A stretch of 64,000 nucleotides of DNA from Octopus sinensis (Eukaryota): contig NC_043006.1 of assembly GCF_006345805.1 (NCBI RefSeq), positions 103,602,001 through 103,666,000 of the forward strand. Reading direction: 5' to 3'. Made by a program: the position numbers and the translations under genes. The notes under the pieces were generated by a model, which saw only the letters and a program-made list of their open reading frames with translations, made no database searches and was not told where the DNA came from. Position 1 is the stretch's first letter. Each line of letters opens with the position of its first letter. This document shows positions 12,371 to 23,685 of the stretch, in pieces.

Positions 12371-13210
12371 AATGTAAAAAAATACAAACTGGGACAAGAA
12401 CGTGAAACATTTAGAAGACGATACGAAAAACACGGACGGGACATTCGAAGCCTTCAATCTTCAGTCAAGGACCGGATCATCTTCGCAATTTCGGCTGATT
12501 AATCTTGAAATTGCTCCGATCTGGCCAGCCCCAAAGGAAAATCTAAGCCAAGCGCATTAGATTCCTTGGAAGAAAGCCTCGAATGTATACAAAACAAGGA
12601 CGGAAAAACGGACGATGTTACACGAATAAGAATACAAAAATACGTAAAAACAATAATGATAATAATAATAACAACAAAAAAGTCACAGACAAGCGTCTTT
12701 TCGACAGGACGAGTAATATTTTGAGCTGGCGTTAGAAAAAGTCCTTAGGGCTACAGAGAGACAACAAAGTATATATATATTATATACATATATATATATA
12801 TATATGTAAATGTAAAAAAATACAAACTGGGACAAGAACGTGAAACATTTAGAAGACGATACGAAAAAACACGGACGGGACATTCGAAGCCTTCAATCTT
12901 CAGTCAAGGACCGGATCATCTTCGCAATTTCGGCTGATTAATCTTGAAATTGCTCCGATCTGGCCAGCCCCAAAGGAAAATCTAAGCCAAGCGCATTAGA
13001 TTCCTTGGAAGAAAGCCTCGAATGTATACAAAACAAGGACGGAAAAACGGACGATGTTACACGAATAAGAATACAAAAATACGTAAAAACAATAATGATA
13101 ATAATAATAACAACAAAAACGTCACAGACAAGCGTCTTTTCGACAGGACGAGTAAATATTTTGAGCTGGCGTTAGAAAAAGTCCTTAGGGCTACAGAGAG
13201 ACAACAAAGT
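12367..13210. repeat. Direct tandem duplication, two ~438-bp units separated by (TA)n
   Basis: tgtaaatgtaaaaaaatacaaactggg starts at 12367 and 12805. Both units end gagacaacaaagt and are near-identical. Confidence 0.92.
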
Positions 13211-13546
13211 ATATATATATATATATATATAAGAAAATAGTAAAGTGTGAAAAAACGACAGAAGGCTTAAATGTTAAAAATTATATATATTTGTGTCAAA
13301 ATGTCTGGAGAATATATTTTTTTTTTTTTTTTTTTTTTTCCCTTCCTTAAAATGACATAATTTTAAAATTTTTAAAGAAATTACCGGTTTCGCGTGTAGC
13401 TTTTCAAATTTCTTGTGACGTTATGTTTATATGCATGGAATTATCGTTGTTTTTATTTCCAGGAGATTTCTAAATAAGGGGAGGTAGTGAGTGATTTTTT
13501 CCGGTGTAGGGGAGATAATCGCTTAAAATTTTTTTTTTTTGTTTGT

Positions 13547-13786
13547 TCCACGGGACTATCACTCAGGCGCAGATGCACAATGCATCGACAACAGATTGCA
13601 TTCCCAGAATATAGAATGATACCTTTTAGTGAGCACATTGAGAAATGCGCAAAGCAACTTCTGCCACAATTTTTAATCTTCCCATTTTACCAATGTGCTT
13701 TCGGATCATCAACACAAATGAGACTGAACAAGGAAACATTCTTCATTGAAAAGTACAAACCCAGACTCACCATCCGAACATACTGA
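13547..13786 (+). pseudogene. C-terminal fragment of a PLE GIY-YIG endonuclease
   Basis: STGLSLRRRCTMHRQQI..PEYR.IP.SEHI..C...F.IFPFY......RLNKETFFIEKYKPRL matches the G.T..L..R...H ... R..KE..I...P.L(N) pattern of PLE GIY-YIG domains (recognised by eye). Confidence 0.7.
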
Positions 13787-13933
13787 CACAGAGAAATTAA
13801 CAAGGAAAAGGGAAAAAAATTTTAAGCGATTATCTCCCCTACACCGGAAAAATCACTCACTACCTCCCCTTATTTAGAAATCTCCTGGAAATAAAAACAA
13901 CGATAATTCCATGCAATATAAACATAACGTCAC

Positions 13934-13973
13934 AAGAAATTTGAAAAGCTACACGCGAAACCGGTAATTTCTT
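13934..13973 (+). ncRNA. Minimal type I hammerhead, U3:A8 core variant
   Basis: aagaaat TTGAAAA gc tacac gc GAAA CCG GT A atttctt: 7-bp stem I, 2-bp stem II, palindromic ACCGGT, GUA triplet. An identical inverted copy lies at 13375-13414 (-). Confidence 0.7.
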
Positions 13974-14159
13974 TACAAATTTTAAAATTATGTCATTTTA
14001 AGGAAAGGGAAAAAAAAAAAAAAAAAAAATTTTCCAATATTCTCCAGACATTTTGACACAAATATATATATTTTTTAACATTTAAGCCTTCTGTCGTTTT
14101 TTCACACTTTACTATTTTCTTATATATTCACCCACGGCTTTACCAAACAAACTTTCTTA

Positions 14160-14214
<55 letters not shown>

Positions 14215-14855
14215 TATATATATGTGTGTGTGGTGTGTGTGTGTGTTGTGTGTGTGTGTGTTTCTTTTTGCTGAGGAGCCCTGATGGAGGGTAAAATTAG
14301 GCACAGAGTCTCAGATCTGAGAGGGTTAAGAACACAACTATCTGAGGAATACTCAGCCGCTTTCACGCTAAAACTATGAGCCCGTTACTTTAGTTGATCG
14401 AACAACTGAATAATTATACTCATGCTCATAAATTAACTCCGAAATCCATAGTAATTGTTTCATTCTCTGTATGAGTTTGTGTGTGTGTGTGCGTGTGTGC
14501 GTGTGTGTGTGTGCATGTGTGTGTGTTTAATATATCGTATAAAAACTATTTTCTTTCATGACTATGGCGTATATGAATTATTAATCCTGTAAACACTTAT
14601 ATTTTCAAACGCCAACCAATGCAAAATTCCCTCAGCCGTATGTTGACGACTATAATCTATTGATAAAGCTAAAAAATTTGAAACGTCGAATGAGCCATCT
14701 TCCCTACATTTCGATAAAGAAAACATTACTGGTTATTGAATAGTATATTTTATTTGTAATATTCCTAACATATGTGTGTACGTGTCTGTACATGTATATA
14801 TATATATGTGTGTATGTGTGTGTGTGGGTGTGTGTGTGTGTGTGTGTGTTGTGTG

Positions 14856-14890
<35 letters not shown>

Positions 14891-15020
14891 GCTTTGATAG
14901 AAATGGCAAGACAACAAAAGAATAAAAGAGACCTCGATATTATGTAAATAGAAGAATTTATCTGTAAATATATGTGACAATTATTCGGTAGCCATAAGTG
15001 TATGCAAGTATGCATGTATA

Positions 15021-16342
15021 CAAGGTGTGAGGGGCATTTGCGGACACTTAATTATCAGTATTTTACACTATTCAAACAAATTAATAGCTTTTTTTTATTT
15101 CTTTAAGATCCTCCATGGCAGGTAAAATGCTAACACACGAAATGAAAGTACATGTAAATTCGGTTGTTATATATGTGGAACGCAGTGAGTTAGAAAACAC
15201 CAACTTTTTAAAATGATCTTTTGTGCACAATTTTCGGATTGAATTTGATGCCTCTGGAGATATTTCAATCGCATCAAAAAGAAACCGGTTTCTGTATATT
15301 CGGCCACTAATACGACATGACAAATAATTCACCAGATGCAAAACATTATCGATGATGATCCCGGAATATCAATGATGATCCCGGAATATCAATAAGGAAT
15401 ATCATTGATGATCCCGGAATATCCATATCATTACCAAAGAACTACAAGTTTCGGAGTGAATATCAGAACTGCGACGCACTAGGACATTCAGTATTTACAT
15501 TGAAAAGGGTCCAAATCATGTCGGTAAAGACTCGTCTCGGAACAACCCGTTTGATACGTACCAAGTGGTTACCAATGTTGAAAACTCTCCGTACCAATGT
15601 TAAAAACTCTCACAAGGGTGGTTTAAAACTCTCACGGGTATGCTTTGAGAGAAATTTCGAATATGACCAGGTCTAACAGTAGTAAAAGCAGGTTGTTATG
15701 TGCAGATCTTTGTGGTGTTTCCAAAATGATGCGTACTGCGTTTCCAGCAACTGTGATAGTTTTACGAGTAGTGAGTAACAAAGGTCATATCATGTTCTTC
15801 ACACCTTTCCAAGGGTTTTAGAATTAATGCTGAGGAATATGTTGAAGTGCTGGAGATATGTGTTAAGCCTTGGATGGATGCAGTTCGCAGTAAAAGACTA
15901 TGTGTGTATCGACAGTTTTGTGAGTTTTCACAAAGACCACGTAAAAGGCAACGGTCAATATTTATGAGCATGTAACAAGATTTTGTCTTTCAAATTCGCC
16001 ACATTAAAATTCTATAGGTTACTACGTTTGAAATGTTGGTGAAAGGGAAGTCGACAGACAGCCTCACAATACCACAGCTCCTTACTCAATCGAGGATCGT
16101 CATAGAAATGGTCTTTATTCCTGTCCAAAATGAATAAAGGCCATTTAGTACAGACATGTCAACGATTGCAAACCCGCACAGAAGCAGTCTTAGAAACTGA
16201 GAGCGGATTCACTGACTAATCTTCTTGGAAAGTTTCTCGAGTGCAAATGCACAAATTTCGATTGAAATATACTCATATTTTGTTAAATTAGAGCCTTTTT
16301 ATAAAATTACAAAATATCTTCTCAAATTCCTGTCGCATCTTA
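15021..16342 (+). mobile_element. Decayed IS630-Tc1-mariner (maT/DD37D-like) transposon with foreign internal segment
   Basis: TA-flanked degenerate TIRs (caaggtgtgagggg / cctgtcgcatctta). N-terminal SFVHN.R.E.DASGD at ~15215-15265. FPATVIVLRVVSNKGHIM..G.RINAEEY.EVLE..VKPW at ~15740-15875. NSP....GYYV....EREV.RQPHNT at ~15990-16070. Many stops and frameshifts. 15340-15660 is unrelated and carries gatgatcccggaatatc repeats. Confidence 0.7.
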
Positions 16343-17751
16343 TATTTTATACATAAATATATGTTCATGCGTATATATGCAAAATATTTGTGCATAGAAT
16401 TCATTGCTTCAAAAGTTTGGTCCCATTAATTTTAATTATTTCTAAAATAATATGAACGCCAAAGTTGAACTAAGAGGGGTTTCAATTCAAACCAGAGAGA
16501 ACGCAAATAACTTACATAAAATATCATGATGTTTCTGCTAGTTCCTACCCAAACTGTCACGATTTGTAGTTGGAATTCGTTCTTTTAGTCAATTTACCTT
16601 CACAGTTGCGCAGCATTACTTTTTCGAAATTCTTATTTGACTGTCAAATACCATACATTGCAAAATTGTAATTTACAATAATGGATTCTAGATGCAAAGT
16701 TATATACATTATCTTCTGAAGAAGGAATTCAAAGAACATATAAAAACCAATATTTGGTGGCTGGTTTATACAGTCACTACAGAGTTGAAACTGCTTAGAC
16801 AATGAAAAAACGTGATGTGACTAGCTTTATCTCCATTCCTGAACATTCGTGATATAAAAGAACTGATAAAAAACAGAAATAAGAAATTGATATTCAAATG
16901 AATAGTGTGGGGTTATACAGACAGAAAAAAATAATCATAAAATGGCAGGAAATCGTATAAGGCGTGACATCATTAATCATCAGACTATCCACCCGTGTTT
17001 TGATGTATTTTCATATTTTACATTTTGCTATCAAGTTTCACAAAAAGAAGACACATTTGCTTCTGAGGAATGATGAGTGCTTATAAAATTTTACAAACCT
17101 TATATCTATTATTATGATACTGAGCATGATTTAGCAGAAAGTATTAATAATATTTTTGTTGATATTCTGTAAAACGTATTAGTTGGCTCATATTACTATT
17201 TTTGTATAAAACATTATCATACTTTAAAGAAATGAATGCTTTCAGAAGTTTCTATGCATGATACATGGAATATTTACATGTGTATTTTTGCTATTGAAAT
17301 AGAAACACGTGTCTGCAACATGTGCTGTATGATAAAGAAGAAACTATGTTTACAATCAAGATTTTCCCAAAACCTTTGTTCTTACTTCGCTTGAAATCAC
17401 ACTACTGCATATACTATGGAGTCTGTGTTTTCATAGTTCTTTAACGTAGACGAGAAGCCATCGATAGTCTACAAGTTCTATCAACGGTACACATTGTTAT
17501 TCTGTACTGTCTCTGTCTCATCAAGTTCTTCAACAAACAGACCTATGGTAAACGACCAAGAGCTCCCTCACAATATTTGTCATTCCAATATAAGATGATT
17601 CCTTCTAGTAAGCGACCAAATATTCAGTCTGAGAATTTTTCCTAATTTATGAAATTATAAATATATGAAAAGCTAATATAAGAGGGTCGATTTCATATTT
17701 CGAGCTTCCTTGTAGCAATTGTATCGAGTGGAATGCATTCTACATATTACT

Positions 17752-17926
17752 TTCAAATTTTAGCAGAAGGTCAGCAATTTCCGGAAAGAGGTAGGTCGAT
17801 TACGTCAACCCCAGTACTCAACTGGTACTTCCTTTATCGACGCCAAAAGGACGAAATCTCAATGGAATTTGAACTCAGAACGTAACCATAGAAGAAACAC
17901 CTCTAAGCATTTTGCCCGGAGCGGTT
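17752..17926 (-). mobile_element. Degenerate SINE family B
   Basis: Reverse complement of ccgggcaaaatgcttag..ttctgagttcaaatt..gtaccagttgagtactgggg. Confidence 0.75.
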
Positions 17927-19336
17927 ACATATTGATCTGCATTCTCAAACAGTTAAATATTCCAGGCCGCTCAAGGGCAAACTACTGAGTTATTAACGCA
18001 TTTATACAGTAACATAACCGGAAGTTTCTTCTGACTCTCTGCGCTCTGAGTTCAAATCCGATCGAGGTCAACTTTGCCCTCCACTCTTTCAAAGTTAATA
18101 AATAAACACCCACAAGTTGTTGGATTAGAGGAGATGTAAGAACGTCAGACAAGGTACATTGCGATATCTGTTCTATGATTTTCCCTCCTTCTGATTGCAA
18201 CGCCGGCGATGACACATATGTTAAGTTTTATCGGCTCAAAAAAGTACAGCCATTTTACTAAGACAATATCAATGGCATGGAAAGGTGGGGAGCTCATCAT
18301 GAATAGGCAAACGCTATAATACTTTTACTTTGGCCTGCATATGCAGTTTCAAGGACTTGATGGAACCTATCAAGCAGAATCTTACTTATATGCTTGATAA
18401 TAGGATTCATAGCTTTTGATGCAGCGCAGAAGTACGTTGAAATGAAGGTAAGTCGTTCTTTAATTTAGCAGTCTTCGTTTCCGGCAATGTTGCATTTGCT
18501 GTTCAGAAATCATAGACTCTTGTCAATTCAACCAGCAGTTCGTCTTTCTTCTCAAATATCTGCTAATAACCTAATGTAATCAATCGACATTTTGGATACT
18601 TTCCTTGTTATCTAATCACTGATCAGGCCTGACTGAAAATACTCCTGTTCAAACGTGTTCAAGTTATGTCCGTCTTGGTTTTTTTTATTATAATTTTTTT
18701 CACACTCGACATCATTTCTTAATAAATAGTTCCCTTCTGAAAAGTCAAATAATCTCACTGAGACTTCTTCATTGACTTGCATTCATACTTTTAAACTAAC
18801 TCTATTATCTTCTTGACTCAACATCTATAGAAGAACACTTTGCCTGAGGCAATGTAGTAGTCTCTTCTCGATCCAGTGTTGGAGACTACGTAGTCTCTTA
18901 AATTAGCTGCCAAGTATCTTTGAGATTACACTAGACCTACTTGAAAAAGTCTTGCAGGTCATCATAGGAAGTGAAGAAGACTTCTCTCGAAAAACTTCAG
19001 TGATAGTAGGTGATTTATAAGTGGTTCGTAATTGAAACCAATTTTCCTTCAATTCGCAAACTAGCGCCCTAATGACATCCTCTACTTATACAGTTTTTAA
19101 TACGGACACGTTGGAAACACTTCATATATCTACTCGTTTGGTACTGACCCAGGGAAATACAACAACAACAACATAACTCATTTGACAAATGACAAATGTG
19201 CCTTCATTGTAGTATATATTTACTACGGTATTAAATCGAAAACAACAAGACCAGTAAAATCTGTAAGGCGCTTCTAATAGGTTCGAAAACCGAACGTCAG
19301 GACAACGAAAGGAAATGCTGTAGTACTACTAATCAC

Positions 19337-19625
19337 TGTATCACCTTATCGACCAGATTATCGGATGCTGTTATACATCGCTGGTCACAATGCGCCCCGC
19401 ATTGCATTACCTTTCTAATGATGCCACTCTGCTGGCTGGGCAGGAAGGCCAACAATCCGCATTGATCGGAAGGCTTGTCTGCCACATGGTTACCTATTTA
19501 CAGCTGAGTGGACTGGAGCAACTTGAAGTGTTTTGCTCAAGGACACGACTCGTTGCCTGGTCTGGGAATAGAACCCATGGCCTTGCGATCGTGAGTGCAA
19601 TACCTTAACCACTAGGCCACGCGTC
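19337..19625 (-). mobile_element. SINE family C head/core with RTE-type 3' tail
   Basis: Minus strand reads gacgcgtggcctagtggttaagg..ttgctccagtccactcagctgtaaatagg, then gcgcattgtgaccagcgatgtataacagcatccgataatctggtcgataaggtgata. Confidence 0.85.
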
Positions 19626-20454
19626 GTCGGTAATACTAACACATACCAATTTTTGTAATCATGCAAAGTAAAGAGATTTTAACATTTTGGTCAAGAACAT
19701 TTTCAGAGAAATTTATTTCATTTCTTAGAAATGAAATAATTTCATTTTTAACCATTCAAAAAGACAGAAAATATTAACATCATTTAATCAATGAGACAAA
19801 AATTGTAATGAAGTTAACATTTTCTGAGTGTTTTGAATGACTAAAATAAATTTTCCACGCTGTAATTACTTTAGTTTCAACACACAGTCTCAGATCTTAT
19901 TATCTGCCAGACAAATACAGCTCCGGAATTTGATTTTGGGCCTCGTTGGAAAAGCCAGTATTCCTATCCCACTGTATCAATAGCGTTCGATCTTATTCAA
20001 ATTTGTGAAAAATTTTTTGATGATAGTTTTTTGGTTTTTTGCCTCGCAAGCCCGTCACTAGTTTCCTGAAGCTATTAAAGCTAGATGCAGTATCCTATAT
20101 TTTGTACACTATTCAAATAGAAAATAAATAAGTCAATTACAATTAGTATCCTAATGATAAAGGAAGGTAATTATGCAAAATTTAGTTTGATAATTGTAAA
20201 TATCTCAGCCGTTTGACATTAAGCCAGATGATGAAGAATCCATTCGGTGACATCATGACAAACAAATTCTTAACTGTTTGCTAGTTAAGTTAAATTTCAC
20301 CATCGTCATACATTTTGAAAATTTCGATCAAGTGATATCTCTGCTGTAATTTCCCTTGTTTGTTGTAGTTAAATTTCAAAACCCCCAATGAAAGTACTTA
20401 TTTATTAATTGCATGGTTAACCTTAGTCGGAATTTCATAGCTATGAATATTGTA

Positions 20455-20576
20455 CAGTGAGGATCCGGTATACGAATTAATCCGTTCCCGGGTAACGCAC
20501 GTAAAGCGAAAACTCGTAAACAGAGCATAAATTCGTAAAAACTCGTAGAGCTGTGGCGTAAACAGAGGTATTACTG
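20455..20576. mobile_element. 122-bp pogo/Tigger-like MITE
   Basis: TA|cagtgaggatccggtatacg ... cgtaaacagaggtattactg|TA: imperfect CAGT-starting TIRs with TA TSD. Confidence 0.65.
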
Positions 20577-20604
20577 TATATGATTAAGGGGGTGAGATGG
20601 CTGA

Positions 20605-21040
20605 ATGGTTTTTACACCTAGCAAAACGCTTTGCGACATTTGATCTGTCTGTTACGTTCTAAATTCAAATTCCACCGAAGTCGATTTAGCCTTTTATCAT
20701 TTTGGCGTCGATGAAATAAATACCAGTTGAACATTTGGGTCAATGCATTCGACTTACCGCCTACCTCTCGTAATTGATGACCTCGCGCTAAAATTTGAAA
20801 CCAATATTTAATAATTAGTAAAGCGGTGAGCTCGTAGAATCGTTAGCACACAGGGTGAAATGCTTAACGGCATTTCGTCCGTCTTTCTGTAGTGAGTTCA
20901 AATTGCACCGACTTTGCATTTGATCCTTTCGGCGTCGATAAGATAAGTTCCAGATGGAGACTAGGGTCGATGTAATCGACTTACCGTTTCCTCACGTGAT
21001 TTCTGGCTTTGTACCAAAATTTTATCAGTAATTTATAATA
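20605..21040 (+). mobile_element. Two adjacent degenerate SINE family B copies (20605-20815, 20821-21040)
   Basis: Both show ttcaaatt..accga..ttt..cttt..gcgtcgat..gggtc.atg..atcgacttaccg. Confidence 0.75.
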
Positions 21041-21089
21041 ATTCTGATTGTCGTTGCGTTACTTAACTCGTCGGTAACGCTTTTAAATG

Positions 21090-21545
21090 GTTAGAGAAAA
21101 ATTGGAAGAAAGAAAAGAGGGGGAGGGAGAAAGAGGGAGAGAGAAGGGGTCATGACATGAGGTACAGGGAATGTAATTGTAAGGCTTTCACGTGATTAGT
21201 TGAAGGAAAAGAGAGGAGAAAGAAAAAAAAGAGAGAGAAAAATAAGATAAGGTGAAGAGTGAGACAGAAAGATGAAGGTAGAAAAAGAGAGGAAAAAAGA
21301 GGGAGAGAGAAAAAGAGGGAGAGAAAAGCGTCCATGGAGTGAGGTAGGGGGAAGGTAATACTTTTAGTGATGTTCTGATGGTGAGGTTAAAGAAAAGCAG
21401 AAACAGAGAGAGAGTGTGGGAGAGATAGAGAGGAGGGGAAAGAAATAGGGGAGAGAGAGGAGAGAGAGAAATAGTGGAGAGAGAGAGAGGCTGAAATATG
21501 ATGATGGTAGTGGTGGAGATGGGGCTGGTGATGGCGGTGGTGATT
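21090..21545. repeat. GA-rich and (GGT)n low-complexity tract
   Basis: Direct reading. Confidence 0.85.
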
Positions 21546-21948
21546 GTACAGTGAATAGTGTATTTTAAAAAAAAATTGAACTAAGTTTGTTTTTATATCA
21601 CCTATCACTTAACGCATGCGCATAAGTGCAATTCCGTGAAATATTCCGACTTGTTCACGTGGCAGATATATGCAATTTCAAATTTCATTGAAGGTTGTAT
21701 CATATGTACGGGATTCTTTTATTGCTTATAAGAAAACCGGAGAAACAAGAGTGAATATTTATTTTATAAGTACTGTGTATTAACTGTATGAAACTGTGCA
21801 TTAAGTATATAAAGTGTATATATAAATTGGATTAAGTAATTACGTATTCCAGTTTCCTGTTGTGTGGAAGTAAAACATCCCTATTTGGTTGACTCCTAAT
21901 GGACTGTGCCGCAATATAAATGGACATGAGAGTGTGGCAGAGAGTCGG

Positions 21949-23685
21949 CTCGCAATTTTGGGGTGTTGGTGCTGGTTTCCTTAAACGGGTGAACCAAGAT
22001 TCATTAAATTGTTAAACTGTTGAATTCTGTCGCTGTTTTTGCTTGTTTTGGAGATTGCTTCTTCCCCAGTTATGGGTGCAGTGGTGAAAGGAGGTGAAAT
22101 GAAGCGTGACGCATGTTATGCATCTGCAACTACAGAGGGTATTGCGACCATCACCCTTGAAGTTCGCGAGATAAAGATTGAGACAAAGAAGTGGAAAGGA
22201 TACAAATTGTTACAAAAAGAAGGGACCAGCTTAAAGCTGACCCCACCAGAAAAAGTGACGAGGAGTGTAGCAAGGAGGGCGGTAGTGTACAGCACATTAT
22301 CGACTTCTACCAAAAAAATAGTGAGTGCCCCAATAGAGGCAATAGAGGAATATTTAGGAGACGTAAAAGACCTTACCACCTTTTATACACTTGGAATGAA
22401 ATACGGCAGAGGGGAGGTTAGGTTCTCCAACGGCGAGGACTCTATTAACCACTCCACTGAGCCGATAAGGGCGCAAGAGTGGGTGCTACTGCCACAATAC
22501 TGTGGAAAACGTGTTGCTAGTGTGAGTCGGCAGAGGGCCCCCTGAGATCGAAGAGGCATGGTTGATGGCAGCAGTCATACACGGAATGGAGGAAGATGCA
22601 AGGATTTTGAAAATAACCGGAATAAAGAAAGTTAATTGTAGGGGCTACGACCTACAGATGGCGATTCAGGTTGTGTTAAAAGACCTACACGAAATTGTAG
22701 AAGAAATTCTTCTACTAGAAGGCATTACGTTAAGAGTGGTGGTGGAGGGAAGACCTTCAACATGTTTTCTATACAAACAAAGAGGGCACGTGAAAGCAAG
22801 GTGCCCTCAGCAAGAAAGTAATGTACAGGAACAACAGCACGAAGGACAACCCGCCGAAGAGTAGGGGCCGGAATAAAGGAAGATAAAGCTGAGCCATTTA
22901 CTGTCGTAAATAGGCGAAAGAGGGAAGAGCGGGTGAGCTCTCCGCCAGGGAACCAAAAAAGAATTAAGGAAATAGATGAGGTACCGAGGAACTGGTCAGA
23001 TATACAAACAGAGGTATCGCAACAGAGGGTGGAAGACATAATCGTGGATGATTATTCTGATGTACAGACGGAGGAACCAAGGGAAACGACGAGCCCGGAC
23101 GGCCCAGATCCGGAGCATAAACACGGAAATGGGAAGAAGAAAAAGTGGCATATAGTCACGTATGTGAAAAGCATCGCCATAGAGCGGGTAATAACGAGTT
23201 TTAAAGGTGCCATAAGGATTAAACTGCCAGCAGAAAGTTACCCGGAACACATCGAAGGTGTTGGGGATTGACAAGGAAAGGTATAGAAGGTTGAAAGAGC
23301 TATATGGAAATGAGGTGAACCCTTTGGGTGAAGAGATTGAATTTGAGGAACTACAAAAAGTAGTTAAATATGAAGAATTAATACCCTTAATGAATGTAAT
23401 AGACGAGTCCTTTAAAAGGAAAAAAAATATACTTTCTTAAAAAAATAGGGGAAAAATGATGCAAAAAGAAAAAGAAAGAACTTTCAAAAATTGTATAAAT
23501 TAATAGTTAAATGGTACTGCTTGAGAGTGGGGCTCAATGCAGCCATTTCATCAACATCGATTTTATTGTACATTCTTTCCTTTTTTCATTCGTTTTATAT
23601 TTTTTGTCCCCACTGTGGCGTTCTGTATGTTTTTGTACTGTCTCATCTGTGTGAATGGTAGCAGTGCCAAAATAAAGAGAGAGAG
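21949..23685 (+). mobile_element. ORF1-only Tx1/L1-like non-LTR element (HAL1-like architecture), 1.74 kb, 10-bp TSD
   Basis: Direct repeat agagagtcgg at 21939-21948 and 23686-23695. One frameshifted ORF1, a ~230-bp 3' UTR, AATAAA at 23671-23676, then a (GA)n tail. No room for ORF2. Confidence 0.7.
22072..23440 (+). pseudogene. Gag-like ORF1 of Tx1/L1-clade type, ~455 codons, three frameshifts (~22523, ~22860, ~23258)
   Basis: ATG at 22072. LRVVVEGRPSTCFLYKQRGHVKARC is a CX2CX4HX4C knuckle with Cys2 changed to Tyr, preceded by the V.V.G.P pattern typical of L1/Tx1 ORF1. The ORFs 22039, 22562, 22933 and 23258 join end to end. Stop at 23438-23440. Confidence 0.72.

Larger units (their letters stand above)
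13226..14126 (+). mobile_element. 5'-truncated Penelope-like element: inverted pLTR + GIY-YIG C-terminus + sense pLTR
   Basis: ~310-bp near-identical inverted arms (13226-~13535 / ~13813-14126) flank a coding remnant. Each arm holds a hammerhead motif. Confidence 0.8.

Noticed and set aside
12440-12475. Minus-strand ctgaaga in the 438-bp duplicated unit
   Set aside because: It is followed by GAAT rather than GAAA, and there is no stem I complement.
14268-14310. ctgagga gccct/agggt hammerhead-like half motif
   Set aside because: GAAA is AAAA, there is no NUH triplet in register, and stem I does not pair.
18230-18620. Strong AAG|GTAAGT donor at ~18447 and a minus-strand ...AMNPII... GPCR-like string
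   Set aside because: The plus-strand exon needs a frameshift or a weak acceptor. The minus-strand reading has no upstream hydrophobic helix and many stops. Protein-like strings occur in several frames, so none is credible without homology searches.
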